Shown: positions 53,618 through 64,000 of the stretch, one piece after another | How positions within the stretch are numbered: the first letter of the stretch is position 1 | How the letters are laid out: each line of letters opens with the position of its first letter | Assembly (NCBI GenBank): GCA_964016885.1 | Contig: OZ024758.1 | Span: forward strand, 31,806,001-31,870,000 | Length of the DNA stretch: 64,000 bases | Source: Eledone cirrhosa | Taxonomy: Eukaryota | Reading direction: 5' to 3' | Translations under genes and position numbers: made by a program | Notes under the pieces: model-generated | Databases searched by the model: none | Told to the model about the DNA's origin: nothing | The model's input: the letters and a program-made list of their open reading frames with translations, nothing else

Positions 53618-56600
53618 GATAGCAACTAACAGTGCTGCGATCGAATGTGGCTTTTTAGCCCAGCCAATGATCCAAAATGTCTTGCACAGAGTCGGCAACC
53701 AAAACATTTACTGGGAATAGTCGGCTGTGGTTGGAGTTCGTGTACTTTTGCATGTCGCTTGAGTCCTCCTGCTGATTTACATTCTCTACCACATGTTTGG
53801 CAAGCATGATGAGTAGCATCTCCAACAGCAGCCTGGTAGTCAACCACTGGTCTTACTTTATGACTGCGAAGATGACTTTCGAGTCCAGCTTTGCTTAGGC
53901 AGAGTCTCGCACAGACGCTGCATGTCAGAAACATAGGAGGACCCTCGCCGTCTGGAAGTGCAACAGCAATACCCTTCCTCACGTCCCGCTTTACTTTCTC
54001 GTGTGCGATTCGAGATGCCTCAAAGGCAACTTTTCCCTCATATACAGTCTTTCTCCATTTATTACGATCAGCAGCAATATTTTCCCACGTATCAGCAGAG
54101 ATGTTAGCGTCTTTCAGAGAGGCCTTCAAGGAATCCTTATACCTCTTTTTTGGTTTATGTGGCGGTCGTTTTCCTTTAACCAACTCTCCATAGAAGAGTT
54201 GTTTTGGTATTCTAGAATCCTTCATCCTGGCAAGGTGACCACTCCAACGGAGTCGCTGCTTAAGCACAAGAGCTTCTATACTGTCACACATAGAGCTTTC
54301 CAAAATCTCGACATCACTGATGTGGTCCCTCCAGCGAACGCCATGTATCCGTCTGAGACACATCTGATGGAAACGCTCCAATTGCTTAAGGTGGCGTCGA
54401 TATGTGACCCAGGTCTCGCAGGCATAAAGAAGACAAGAGAGTACACATGCCCTGTACACCTTTACCTTTGTCCTCCTGCATATGTCTCGCCGACCCCAGA
54501 GTCGCCTTTCTAGCTTTCCGAAAGCATCACTTGCTTTCCTAATCCTAAGTGAGATTTCACCGTCAAGGTTGCCGTATCGATTGACAGTGCTTCCCAGGTA
54601 GACAAACTGATCAACCACTCCAAGTCGTTTGCCATACACATAGATATTTGGTTCAGTGTACTGCCTACCAGGTGCAGGTTGGTACATGACGACGGTTTTC
54701 TTGAGACTGACAGTCAAACCCAGGGCAGTGCAAGCGTCAGAAAATACATTCAAAATGTGCTGCATATCACTCTCTGTGTGCGCTACAAGATCGCAATCAT
54801 CTGCATACAAGAGGTCTCTTATGACTGATGTAAATACTTTTGTCTTCGCAGCAAAGCGCCTGATGTTAAATATGCTGCCCGAGGTTCGATATCGGATGTA
54901 AACACCATGCTCGCAATTCCTGAATGCAATACAGAAAACCATTGCAAAGTATATGGCAAACAGGGTCGGTGCTGGAATATCCCCCTGTTTCACTCCATTT
55001 TTTACTGAGATAGGCTCCGACATGTTACCTCCGACATTAACCCAAGCCTTCATGTCGTCATGGAAAGACCTAACTAAAGCAAGGAACTTATCAGGGCAAC
55101 CAAGTTTCTGGAGAACCTTCCATAATGCATCTCTGTTGACAGTATCGAAAGCCTTTGTCAGATCGACAAAAACCTGATACAGATCCAAGCCCTGTTCAAT
55201 GCACTTCTCCTGGAGCTGTCTAGCTGAGAAGATCATATCAGTAGTGCCGCGTCCAACACGAAAACCAGATTGACTTTCAGGAAGGACACAATCTGCAATG
55301 TGTGTCAGCAGACGGTCCAGAAGCACCCTACATAAAACTTTCCCCACGACAGAAAGCAATGATATACCTCTGTAGTTCCCACAATCATTCCTGTTACCCT
55401 TTCCCTTGTACAAGACCACCATTACTGCATCTCTCCAGTCCTCAGGCACGGATTCATTAGCCCATATCCTTCCAAACAGAGAGTGAAGATGTTGCAGGAG
55501 TCTCTCACCACCATATTGTAGGAGCTCAGCATGTATGCCATCCATACCTGGAGATCTTCCACTGTTTAGCTTCGAAATAGCCACTGCAACCTCCACAAGT
55601 GTCGGAGGCTCTGCGAGAGCTACTTTCACAGGACTTTCCGGAATGAGATTGAGGAAATCTTCACTGACGACAGACGGCTGATTCAAAAGATCATCAAAGT
55701 GCTCCCGCCACCTTCGTAGAATTCCCTGTGAGTCACGAAGAAGTTCTTTGCCATCCTTGCTGCGAATCGGTGTCACCAGAGAAGAAGACGGTCCATAAAC
55801 CTCACGCAAGAGACTGTACAACAGCTTTGTGTTATTGCAATCAGACGCAGTTTGTATCTCACCAGCCTTCTCACTCCACCACTGATCCTTCATCTGAGAA
55901 AGACTCCGCCTAACACGTGATTTTACATCCCTGAGCTCCTCATGCAACGTATTCCTCTCCTGTGGTCTTGCCGTCAAGTAGCGTGACAGAGCGCGCCTCT
56001 TATCAGCCAACAAGTCATCTATATGCACATCTTTCTCATTAAACCAGTCCTGATGTTTTCTCTGCACCAATCCCAGAACACGTCTGCCTACATCATAAAC
56101 CGACTTTTTAAGGGTCGGCCAATCCTCACCAAGATCTGCAGCCTGCATCTCTTCTTCCAATGTCCTCTTCACATTTTTATCCTTAAGACGAGCAGCATTC
56201 AATCTTTTGGGCAGGGTAACACCAGGAGCCCGGATTTTACGTTTGGTGATTAGATTCACTTTTGCGCGTACCAGGCGGTGGTCCGTCCAGCACTCAGCTC
56301 CACGAAGAACACGAACACACCGCACATCCTGTCTGTCACGCATCCTGACTAGGACGTAGTCCAAAAGATGCCATTCCTTAGATGCAGGATGCATCCATGT
56401 GGTCTTGAATTTGTTCTTTTGTTGGAACATGGTGTTGGTAACACACAGATCCAGCTCCTCACACATCTGCAGCAAGAGCATACCATTGCTGTTACACTTT
56501 CCCACCCCATGCCTTCCGATTACATTCCATGTGTTAAAATCCCTACCCACTCTAGCATTAAAGTCACCAAGCACGATGACTTTGTCTGCCTGAGGGATAT

Positions 56601-57235
56601 TTCTTAAAACACCTTTCAAGGCATGGTAAAAGGACAGTTTTTCTTCATCGACAGAATTCATAGTTGGAGCATACACACTCACCAGGGTAGCATATCTTCC
56701 CCTGTCCAGCGGAACTCTCATGGACATAAGACGCTCACTAATCCCCACTGGGAATTCTTCCAATTTATTCACCAGTACAGTCTTAACAGCAAATCCTACC
56801 CCAGCCTCTCTTCTGGTTCCTTCATCTCTTCCTTTCCAGAAGAATGTATATTCTCCACAAAATTCCGTAAGATGACCATCTCCAGCTAACCTCGTCTCAG
56901 ACAAAGCCACGATGTCAAGATCGTAACGTCGAAGCTCCTTCGCAACAAGAGCGGTCCTTCGTTCAGGACGCTCCAAAGAATCCCCGTCAAGCAGCGTCCG
57001 TACGTTCCAGCAGCCAAGACTAAATGCCCTGTTTGGCTCTATTACAATGGCACGATGACGGGCGGGCCCAGGTTGTGATAACTTGGGGCCCCTGCCCTTA
57101 TTGCCAATGATCTTTTTTGTTCCAGAACCCAAATTGGCAATTATCTCGTTTACATTGTTCTGGAACATCATTGAATTGGAAAAAAAAAAAAAAAAAAAAA
57201 AAAAGGGAGGAAAAAAAAAAAAAAAAGTAATAATA

Positions 57236-57270
<35 letters not shown>

Positions 57271-57571
57271 ACACTATTAATAATTATTAATGCACTCGTG
57301 CAATGCCTGTGCGTGACGAATATTTTTAAAGTGAGGAAAGACTGTGCACTGAACCAATCCCACTCTCTGAGCGACAGTAGCTATAACCCGAAAAGAAGAA
57401 AAGATCAACATCATCGGTAACTACTGAGCCGCAGGTTTTTTATCGGAGTTAACCCAGTTTCCTGAGATGCCTTCTCCTAGAAGAATACCCTGACATGGGC
57501 TAGGGGTTCTTCACTCCCAGTGGTTTAACTGCGCGATCGGGCATCCAGCCCGATTATTTCTATGTCCCCGC

Positions 57572-57573
<2 letters not shown>
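53413..57573 (-). mobile_element. Apparently full-length RTE-clade LINE
   Basis: Structured 5' UTR (57290-57573), single ORF, 3' hairpin at 53413-53452 and microsatellite tail. TSD not resolvable. Confidence 0.92.
53626..57171 (-). CDS. RTE ORF: APE endonuclease + reverse transcriptase + three C2H2 zinc fingers (1181 aa)
   Basis: [29 protein letters not shown] (APE); [32 protein letters not shown] (RT); three CxxC-x12-H-x3/4-H fingers. Confidence 0.95.
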   Translation of the reverse strand: MMFQNNVNEIIANLGSGTKKIIGNKGRGPKLSQPGPARHRAIVIEPNRAFSLGCWNVRTLLDGDSLERPERRTALVAKELRRYDLDIVALSETRLAGDGHLTEFCGEYTFFWKGRDEGTRREAGVGFAVKTVLVNKLEEFPVGISERLMSMRVPLDRGRYATLVSVYAPTMNSVDEEKLSFYHALKGVLRNIPQADKVIVLGDFNARVGRDFNTWNVIGRHGVGKCNSNGMLLLQMCEELDLCVTNTMFQQKNKFKTTWMHPASKEWHLLDYVLVRMRDRQDVRCVRVLRGAECWTDHRLVRAKVNLITKRKIRAPGVTLPKRLNAARLKDKNVKRTLEEEMQAADLGEDWPTLKKSVYDVGRRVLGLVQRKHQDWFNEKDVHIDDLLADKRRALSRYLTARPQERNTLHEELRDVKSRVRRSLSQMKDQWWSEKAGEIQTASDCNNTKLLYSLLREVYGPSSSLVTPIRSKDGKELLRDSQGILRRWREHFDDLLNQPSVVSEDFLNLIPESPVKVALAEPPTLVEVAVAISKLNSGRSPGMDGIHAELLQYGGERLLQHLHSLFGRIWANESVPEDWRDAVMVVLYKGKGNRNDCGNYRGISLLSVVGKVLCRVLLDRLLTHIADCVLPESQSGFRVGRGTTDMIFSARQLQEKCIEQGLDLYQVFVDLTKAFDTVNRDALWKVLQKLGCPDKFLALVRSFHDDMKAWVNVGGNMSEPISVKNGVKQGDIPAPTLFAIYFAMVFCIAFRNCEHGVYIRYRTSGSIFNIRRFAAKTKVFTSVIRDLLYADDCDLVAHTESDMQHILNVFSDACTALGLTVSLKKTVVMYQPAPGRQYTEPNIYVYGKRLGVVDQFVYLGSTVNRYGNLDGEISLRIRKASDAFGKLERRLWGRRDICRRTKVKVYRACVLSCLLYACETWVTYRRHLKQLERFHQMCLRRIHGVRWRDHISDVEILESSMCDSIEALVLKQRLRWSGHLARMKDSRIPKQLFYGELVKGKRPPHKPKKRYKDSLKASLKDANISADTWENIAADRNKWRKTVYEGKVAFEASRIAHEKVKRDVRKGIAVALPDGEGPPMFLTCSVCARLCLSKAGLESHLRSHKVRPVVDYQAAVGDATHHACQTCGRECKSAGGLKRHAKVHELQPQPTIPSKCFGCRLCARHFGSLAGLKSHIRSQHC

Positions 57574-57613
<40 letters not shown>

Positions 57614-58749
57614 ACTTATTGACACTTATACGTACGACATACACACACACGCATACATATGCGTGCACACAGCAACACTCACACACACAACAAACACACA
57701 CACACGCTACTCTACTCACTTACACGCACACACACACATATATATATATATATTACCGTCATTACTGATACAAGATTACCAGATTATGTCAACTGTTGAC
57801 TTTCAAGAGTTTGTATAGTTGAAGCCGATCGTATTACAGTCCAGTATTACTATAATTGCTTTACAGCATAGAGTTATGGCTCTCCACGGAGTCAACAAAA
57901 GAGAGTACCAGTGATGCGCTGGCCAGTCGCTGGATCCGTGCCAAAAGCAGAAAAATTATTATTAAAGTTGTTCTTAAGGCCAGGTCGCTGGTGATGGTGA
58001 TGGCGACGGCGGTGGCGGTGGTGGTGGTGGTGGCAGTTGATGTTGTTGTTCTGTTGTGTGTGTGTGTGTGTGTGTGTGTTTTGTTATTTTGAGTTTTTTT
58101 TTTTTTTTTTTCCTTTAGGGAGCTTATAGATAGGACAACACACGCTGTCTCTTCGTGGGGTAAGTTTTTAATTAATTTTTGTATTCTGAAACATCAAAAT
58201 ACAACAATTTGTTGGTTACTGGTCTCGGGAATGTCACGACAGAAGTTTGTGGAAGTTACACAAATATTTTAGTATATTTTAGCAGAGCAATCCTTATTTA
58301 TATTTTACATTTACTTACATCTCAATATAACATGGCTAGAATTCAAATTTTGCTAAGAGAAGAAAACGGTCAAATGAACTAGATACATCTCACTGTCCAC
58401 ACCACCACAATAACGTCTACACTCTCTCCCCACCATCACATGTCATTACCATACCATACCCTATCGAGACTAAAGTCATCGACCTGTTGTCAAACTCTCT
58501 ACTCTCTGATGAATGTATATATATATATGTGTGTGTATGTATATGTGTGTATATACATCACTCAGTCAAACAACCAGATTTCAACCCCAACATCTACAAC
58601 AACAACAACAACACCGGCCCTAATGTTTACAGCAACAACAGCTTCAGAATGAACTGAAATGAACATTTACAACAATTACAACAACAACAACAACAGCGGC
58701 ATCAAAACATAAAAAAAGGAAGGGAAAAGAAAAAAGAAAAAGGGAAGGG

Positions 58750-58785
<36 letters not shown>

Positions 58786-59098
58786 AGGAAGAAAAAAAAA
58801 AAAAAAAGGAAGAAGAAAAAAAAAAAAAAAAAAAAAGAAAAAAAAAGAAAGGAAAAAAGGGAAAGGAAAAAAAAAAAAAAAAAAAAACATATATATATAC
58901 ATACATATATACATACATATATACATACATATATATATACATACATATATACATACATATATACATACATATATATATACATACATATATACATACATAT
59001 ATATATACATACATATATACATACATATATACATACATATATATATACATATATATATACATACATATATACATACATATATACATATACATACATAT

Positions 59099-59710
59099 AT
59101 GGTGGCTGCCAACTCGTTTTCGAGTACGGCCACTACTCTACATCCATGTAGGATAACCCCTACCGAAGCGCTGAACGAGTGTGACTTTTTAGTCCAGCCA
59201 GCGACTTGAAACCTCTGGTACAAACACCACACCTGTGACAATCACTGACACATAGTGCTAGGCCCATGGTAGGACAACCATTGACACATAGTGCTGGGCC
59301 CATGTGAGGACAAGTGCAGAGAGATCTCCAGATATAAAGCAATGCCTGTGCCGTGAAGCTTTTATAGTGAGCAAAGGCACTGCACAAAGCCAGTCCCACT
59401 CTCTTAACCAAGATGCTATTTACCAAAAAGAAGAACAAGTCAACATCATTGGATACCATCAGGGTTGCAGGTGTTATATCAGAGTTTTCCTTCTCCTAGA
59501 ATTCTGCCTTGACTAAGGCTAAAGGGGTCATCTCTCCCGGTGATTTTGGATGGCCATTGACTCTTAAGAGCTCCTTTGCCCTTTGACAGGTTTTGTTTTT
59601 AGTCCTGCAGGATGTCCAAAGTCACCCTCCTCACCAAGAAACGTTGGTGGGGTTGCCAGTTTAGTCGCCCACGACCCGACCATGGGACAGGTTGTACTGG
59701 GATACATGTT
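59099..59710 (-). mobile_element. Bipartite non-autonomous RTE derivative
   Basis: Matches 41148-41737; encodes [20 protein letters not shown] versus [23 protein letters not shown]. Confidence 0.85.
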
Positions 59711-59770
59711 ATATACATACATGCATACATACACATACATACATACATACATACATACATACATACATAC

Positions 59771-60102
59771 AGAAAAATACAGGAGAAGGAGGACATCTAC
59801 GGACCATTGATGAGGAGTTTACAAATCCAGTATCCAAGATACACCTTTAGCTTCATACCCATCATTATTGGTGCTACGGGTTATATACCAACCCGCTTGG
59901 ACCAAAGTATGACTGAACTTGGATTTGCGGACAAAAAGCGCAGCTCCCTAATTCATAGTCTACAAATGGCTGCGATAGCTGGCACCTTCAAAATATGCAA
60001 AACATTCTTGCAATTCAAGGGATGACAATTTCTTTTCTTTTACAACCTTTCCACCAGGAAGGTGGGCCGTGAAAAAAATATACTCGAAATTAAAAGAGAA
60101 AA
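59771..60102 (+). mobile_element. 5'-truncated R4/Dong-like non-LTR element (restriction-like endonuclease C-terminus) in (CATA)n
   Basis: EKEDIYGPL...PIIIGATGYIP...LGF...GTFKICKTF* followed by a short A-rich 3' UTR; (CATA)n on both sides. Confidence 0.65.
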
Positions 60103-60118
60103 CATACATACATACATG

Positions 60119-60161
<43 letters not shown>

Positions 60162-60175
60162 ATATCTAGATAGAT

Positions 60176-60490
60176 ATATTATTCAAAATATTAATCAATG
60201 AAGACGTTCACATCATCAAAATATGTTTTATTATATATATTTCTGAGTTCAAATCCCGCCGAGGTTAACTTTGCCTTACAGGGTCGATAAAATAAAGTAC
60301 CAGTAATGTACTGGGTTATTGCTGGCCTTGTGCCTAAAGTAGAAACAATTATTTATATTTCGGAGGTACTGTGCTGTTTTTTCAGTACGTCCTCCGAAAT
60401 ATAAACAGCACAGTACCTCCGAAATATATATAATAAAACAGATATTTTGATTATGTGAACGTCTTCATTTATTAATATTTTGAATAATAT
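60176..60490. repeat. Inverted repeat interrupted by a SINE family 1 fragment (60244-60350)
   Basis: tattattcaaaatattaat..gaagacgttcacat / atgtgaacgtcttc..attaatattttgaataata; inner ggaggtactgtgctgttt / aaacagcacagtacctcc. Confidence 0.8.
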
Positions 60491-60629
60491 TAATAACTCC
60501 AGAAAACTTCATTGTTGAGTGCTTTGAATCTAATGTAAAACTATATTCATTGAGTAATCAATGAACCTTAACATTATATATATATATGTGTCCATTAGAT
60601 ATATGGAAGGTTGAGACGAAGTAAACAAC

Positions 60630-60678
60630 TTTAGGAAGGTTTAAATTATCCAACAATTTAAATGTCCAACAGTGAGGG
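60630..60678 (-). CDS. Putative exon 2 ((T)PHCWTFKLLDNLNLPK)
   Basis: ttttattgtag acceptor; phase-2 continuation completes a signal-peptide-like sequence. The donor AAA/GTTGTT is weak. Confidence 0.33.
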
Positions 60679-61018
60679 CTACAATAAAATTATTTGATTT
60701 GATTTTTCATCGAAATTGATAACGGTATAAAACTATTAACGATATATAATAACAATTTAAACATTTTTTTTATTGTTTGAATATTTTTAAAAGTTGTGTA
60801 TTTTCTAAATAATGATGATAGCGTTATTAGATTAAAAAGAAGGAGATATAAATATTTAAAACATCATTTGAAAGCGAACGAATGGCTCACGTAAAGAGTT
60901 TGTAGAGAAGTTTAATTTAACATGAAAACAGTGTGGGAGAGGCATTTGTAAATGAATCAAAATAGAGTGTGTGTTGAGTGTTATAGTTAGACAAACTAGA
61001 TAATAATAAATAACTTAC

Positions 61019-61074
61019 GTCAGACATAGTACTAGAAGAAAGCAGAAGTTGACAATCTGCGTCTTGGTCCCCAT
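61019..61074 (-). CDS. Putative first coding exon (MGTKTQIVNFCFLLVLCL, signal-peptide-like)
   Basis: ATG, basic then hydrophobic residues, consensus GTAAGT donor at 61018. Non-repetitive upstream region with a (TA) tract at ~61440 and TGACGT at 61513. Confidence 0.45.
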
Positions 61075-62366
61075 GAATGCTAGGATAGAATGGTAGATAA
61101 AGTAGTAGTAGCTGGATTATGGTAAAGCATGCCGTGGTAAATATCCAATGTTGTACGGTAAGGTTGTTCTCTGGCGATAGGCAACAACAATGAAAGACAG
61201 TCCCTTAAGGACAGTTACCGTAGTTGTTTATAAAAAAGATTAAGAGAGAATTGTGATTAATATGATGTCTGTTCAAACAAATGCTGTTGTCGTAATAGTG
61301 TAACAGTGGTGATCATCTAAATGGCCTTGCCAAACCAATAGTTCTTCATTTGCGTCTCGTATCTAATGTATCCGTCTATTGGTAGCATGGAAAGTGGTAT
61401 AGGTTCTCGTGTTTTAGTGTGTGTATCTCTCGCTATATATATATATACACCACTTTACGATAGTGACGCTGGCAATGTGTTCCTCTCAACTGCCAAGCTC
61501 CTCCAACGGCGCTGACGTGGTTCAGTTGTATCTACAGCCAAGCATGTATGTCGGGGGAAGCCGCTAATGAAGCAAATCGAGGTCATTATACTGCTCCTTC
61601 TTGTAACATCAACCATGCCGAACTGAATCTTGCTTATTGATTAACACCTGAATATTATATAAACATATATATGTGTATATATATATGTGTGTGTGTATAT
61701 ATAGGTGAGAAACTGCAGAGTTGCAGTAATTAATGTCATTAAAGTAGACAGGCAGTAGTCGTTCTTACGAAACGGTGTCGTAAACAAACTTTAACAAAAC
61801 TACTCTAATTCTCAACATTCATTTTAATGATTGTATTAAATAAAACAAGGTATGACTGAGATTTAATTTATTTGAATATTTCCAGTATATATTGTTGTAG
61901 GGTATTTACTTCTTGTGCTTTCATGTATTTATTTATTCATTTCTTTCTCAATGTGCGAACGTTTTACAAAGATCTGGCACTTACATATGTGAGCCAGCTG
62001 AAAAGTTCGTAGACTGGCTGTGAAGGAGTGATGCTAGAGCTGTGAAATCTTGCATGCATTAATTTCAACTCTTATTAATAACTGCATTTTTTTTTTTTCA
62101 GAGACTGTTGAAAAATAAACCTCATGTGGTCTTCAATGAGAGTACCTTGGTCAGCCGACCTTCCTACAATGACTGTTGCTCGTAAAATCTGTTAAATAAT
62201 AAAAGAAAAATTAATAAATAAATATTAATATCACAGAAGTAATTTGGTAAATCTAAGATTTTGCATATAAATTTAAAGACTAGAGAAAATTTTCTTTTAT
62301 GTAGATGAATGTGTAAACTCTTCTGATTAAGGAAGTTACTTAACCTTCGAATGTACCCCTAAAATA

Positions 62367-62583
62367 ATTGTTTCTACTTTAAGCACAAGGCCAGCAATTA
62401 TTCAGTACATTACTGGTACTTTATTTTATCGTCCCCGTAAGGATGAAAGGCAAAGTTAACCTCGGCGGGATTTGAACTCAGACTGTAAAGGGACGTAACT
62501 ATGCTAAAATAATAATTGTTTCTACTTTAGGCACAAGGCCAGAATTAAACAGTGTATTACTGGTACTTTATTTTATCGACCCC
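62367..62583 (-). mobile_element. Two tandem truncated SINE family 1 copies
   Basis: Two attgtttctacttta..cacaaggccag tails; another fragment at 62891-62935. Confidence 0.8.
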
Positions 62584-63005
62584 AAAATAATAATATTTTA
62601 TTATTATATTTTGTTAAAAACAGATTTCTCCAACGAAGAACCTAACACAACATCGATTCTATGTTAACTTGTCTAACAATTGAAGAAATGATTTCGATAA
62701 ACAATTGTTGAATGATGAGAAATATCAAAACTTAAGTTTAAACACCAGCTGACTGGGGGCTTTGGGGACTTATGTCCCTCCAATAGTGAGGAAACTTGTT
62801 GAATGATCTCTGGTTTTTACTACATGATCATATTTTTAATTTCTTTCTTCGTCTTGTATTGATGATAAAAAAAAGCGTGAGCTAGTAATAATTGTTTCTA
62901 CTTTTGGCACAAGGCCAGCAATTATCCCAGTGTATTATGTACAGTATATATACTTAAGTCCCTCCAACTAATGGAAGTTCTGTTTAATATTGTCCTTTTA
63001 AAATA

Positions 63006-63283
63006 CAGGATGTTTAAAAAAATTTTGAACTCATTTGAGATGTAAATATCCTAGAAACTACCAATATATATTGTAAATTAGTGTTATACCGTTGACAAAT
63101 TTTGAAGAATAAATCTTATATTGCTCAATATTAAGCCTCCTTAGTCCTAGACCAGAGGTTCCCAAACTTTTTGGGCGTCGCCTAAAGGCCACGTAATACC
63201 TACTTTGAGAACTTCTGTCCTAGACTTTGTAGTTCCTGAAATACTTACATTTCAAATGATATCTAAATTTTTGAAACACTCTG
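63006..63283. mobile_element. Tc1/mariner-type MITE
   Basis: TA-flanked TIRs caggatgtttaaaaa / tttttgaaacactctg. Confidence 0.6.
63153..63217. mobile_element. 65-bp hAT mini-element nested in the MITE
   Basis: TIRs cagaggttcccaaa / tttgagaacttctg; perfect 8-bp TSD tcctagac. Confidence 0.8.
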
Positions 63284-64000
63284 TATATTGTATTTCCATT
63301 TTATACATATTGATTTCTGAATTAGGTCCACAGCTTATAGGTTAGGAATGAGATTGTGTGTCGTTTGTCTTTGTTAGGGATATTTAAAATGAATAACCTT
63401 TCAGTTTGTAATAGCTCAGGTTGACATTTACCCCGTTAGTTTTCCAACAATTGTTAATTCAGTTACTATATATATATATATATATATATATTTAGCCGTG
63501 CTGCCAATAAAAACACATGCATGTTGGATTTCACTTCAATTATAAATTTCCGGTTGGTTGGTTCAATATTGCCAAAGCTTTTTCGTCACACATTCTGTGA
63601 CCTGCTCGGTGACTGATTTCATATTTTGTGTCTCTCCTTTGTTCTGTCCACCATCTTGTTTTTCAAGAGCTTTGACGATATATAAATAACCATCTGGTTA
63701 TTGAACCAACCAAACAGAAATTTATAATAAAAGTGGAAACCAACAGGTGCATGTGTTTTTATTGGCAACATGACCCTCCCAAAGTATAACAATATCTGTT
63801 TCAACACATGTTTTCAGATAAGAAATCTTGCAAAACAAATTCAAAAACGAAGTATATATATATTACGGAGTTCGATTCTTTGTAGTGGCTGCTGCCAACA
63901 TTTTTTCCCTCTCTAAGGATCTTTAACTGATTTTTATAAACTATTTTATAACAACTGACTAATTACAGTTATTTTCTGTGCTTGAGCATTCCACATTTTA

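Noticed and set aside
52140-53707. Long YIYM/VC-rich ORFs (also 43654-48839, 50924-52109, 58644-59241)
   Set aside because: Translations of (TA)n, (CATA)n and poly-A tracts.
53891-56889. Plus-strand ORFs overlapping the RTE
   Set aside because: Antisense shadows of the RTE ORF.
58119-58159. Possible 41-nt plus-strand exon (tttag...gtaagt)
   Set aside because: Good splice signals but no partner exons found, and the pyrimidine tract is a simple repeat. Unsupported without RNA data.

Overview
AT-rich, microsatellite-rich animal genomic DNA. The SINE and LINE content looks octopus-like, which is an inference. Bases 1 to ~35645 are a head-to-tail array of ~1.77-2.02 kb units carrying 18 intact U6 snRNA genes on the + strand. 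Each unit also has two features the ORF track does not show. One is a second, diverged copy of the U6 proximal promoter (octamer-like/PSE region plus TATA) that points at an unidentified ~165-nt T5-terminated sequence. The other is a ~1.05-kb degenerate palindrome whose right arm is the U6 distal upstream region. Four units carry the same tRNA-derived SINE, inserted at and duplicating the U6 TATA box, and one unit carries a Helitron. The remaining ~28 kb holds SINEs, MITEs, an internally inverted Penelope-like fragment, decayed hammerhead ribozymes, near-perfect palindromes in (TA)n tracts, a 39-bp minisatellite beside a 200-N gap, an intact RTE LINE with three C-terminal C2H2 fingers plus bipartite non-autonomous relatives, an R4/Dong-like 3' fragment, and a tentative 3-exon minus-strand gene for a small secreted protein. 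All alignments were done by eye.
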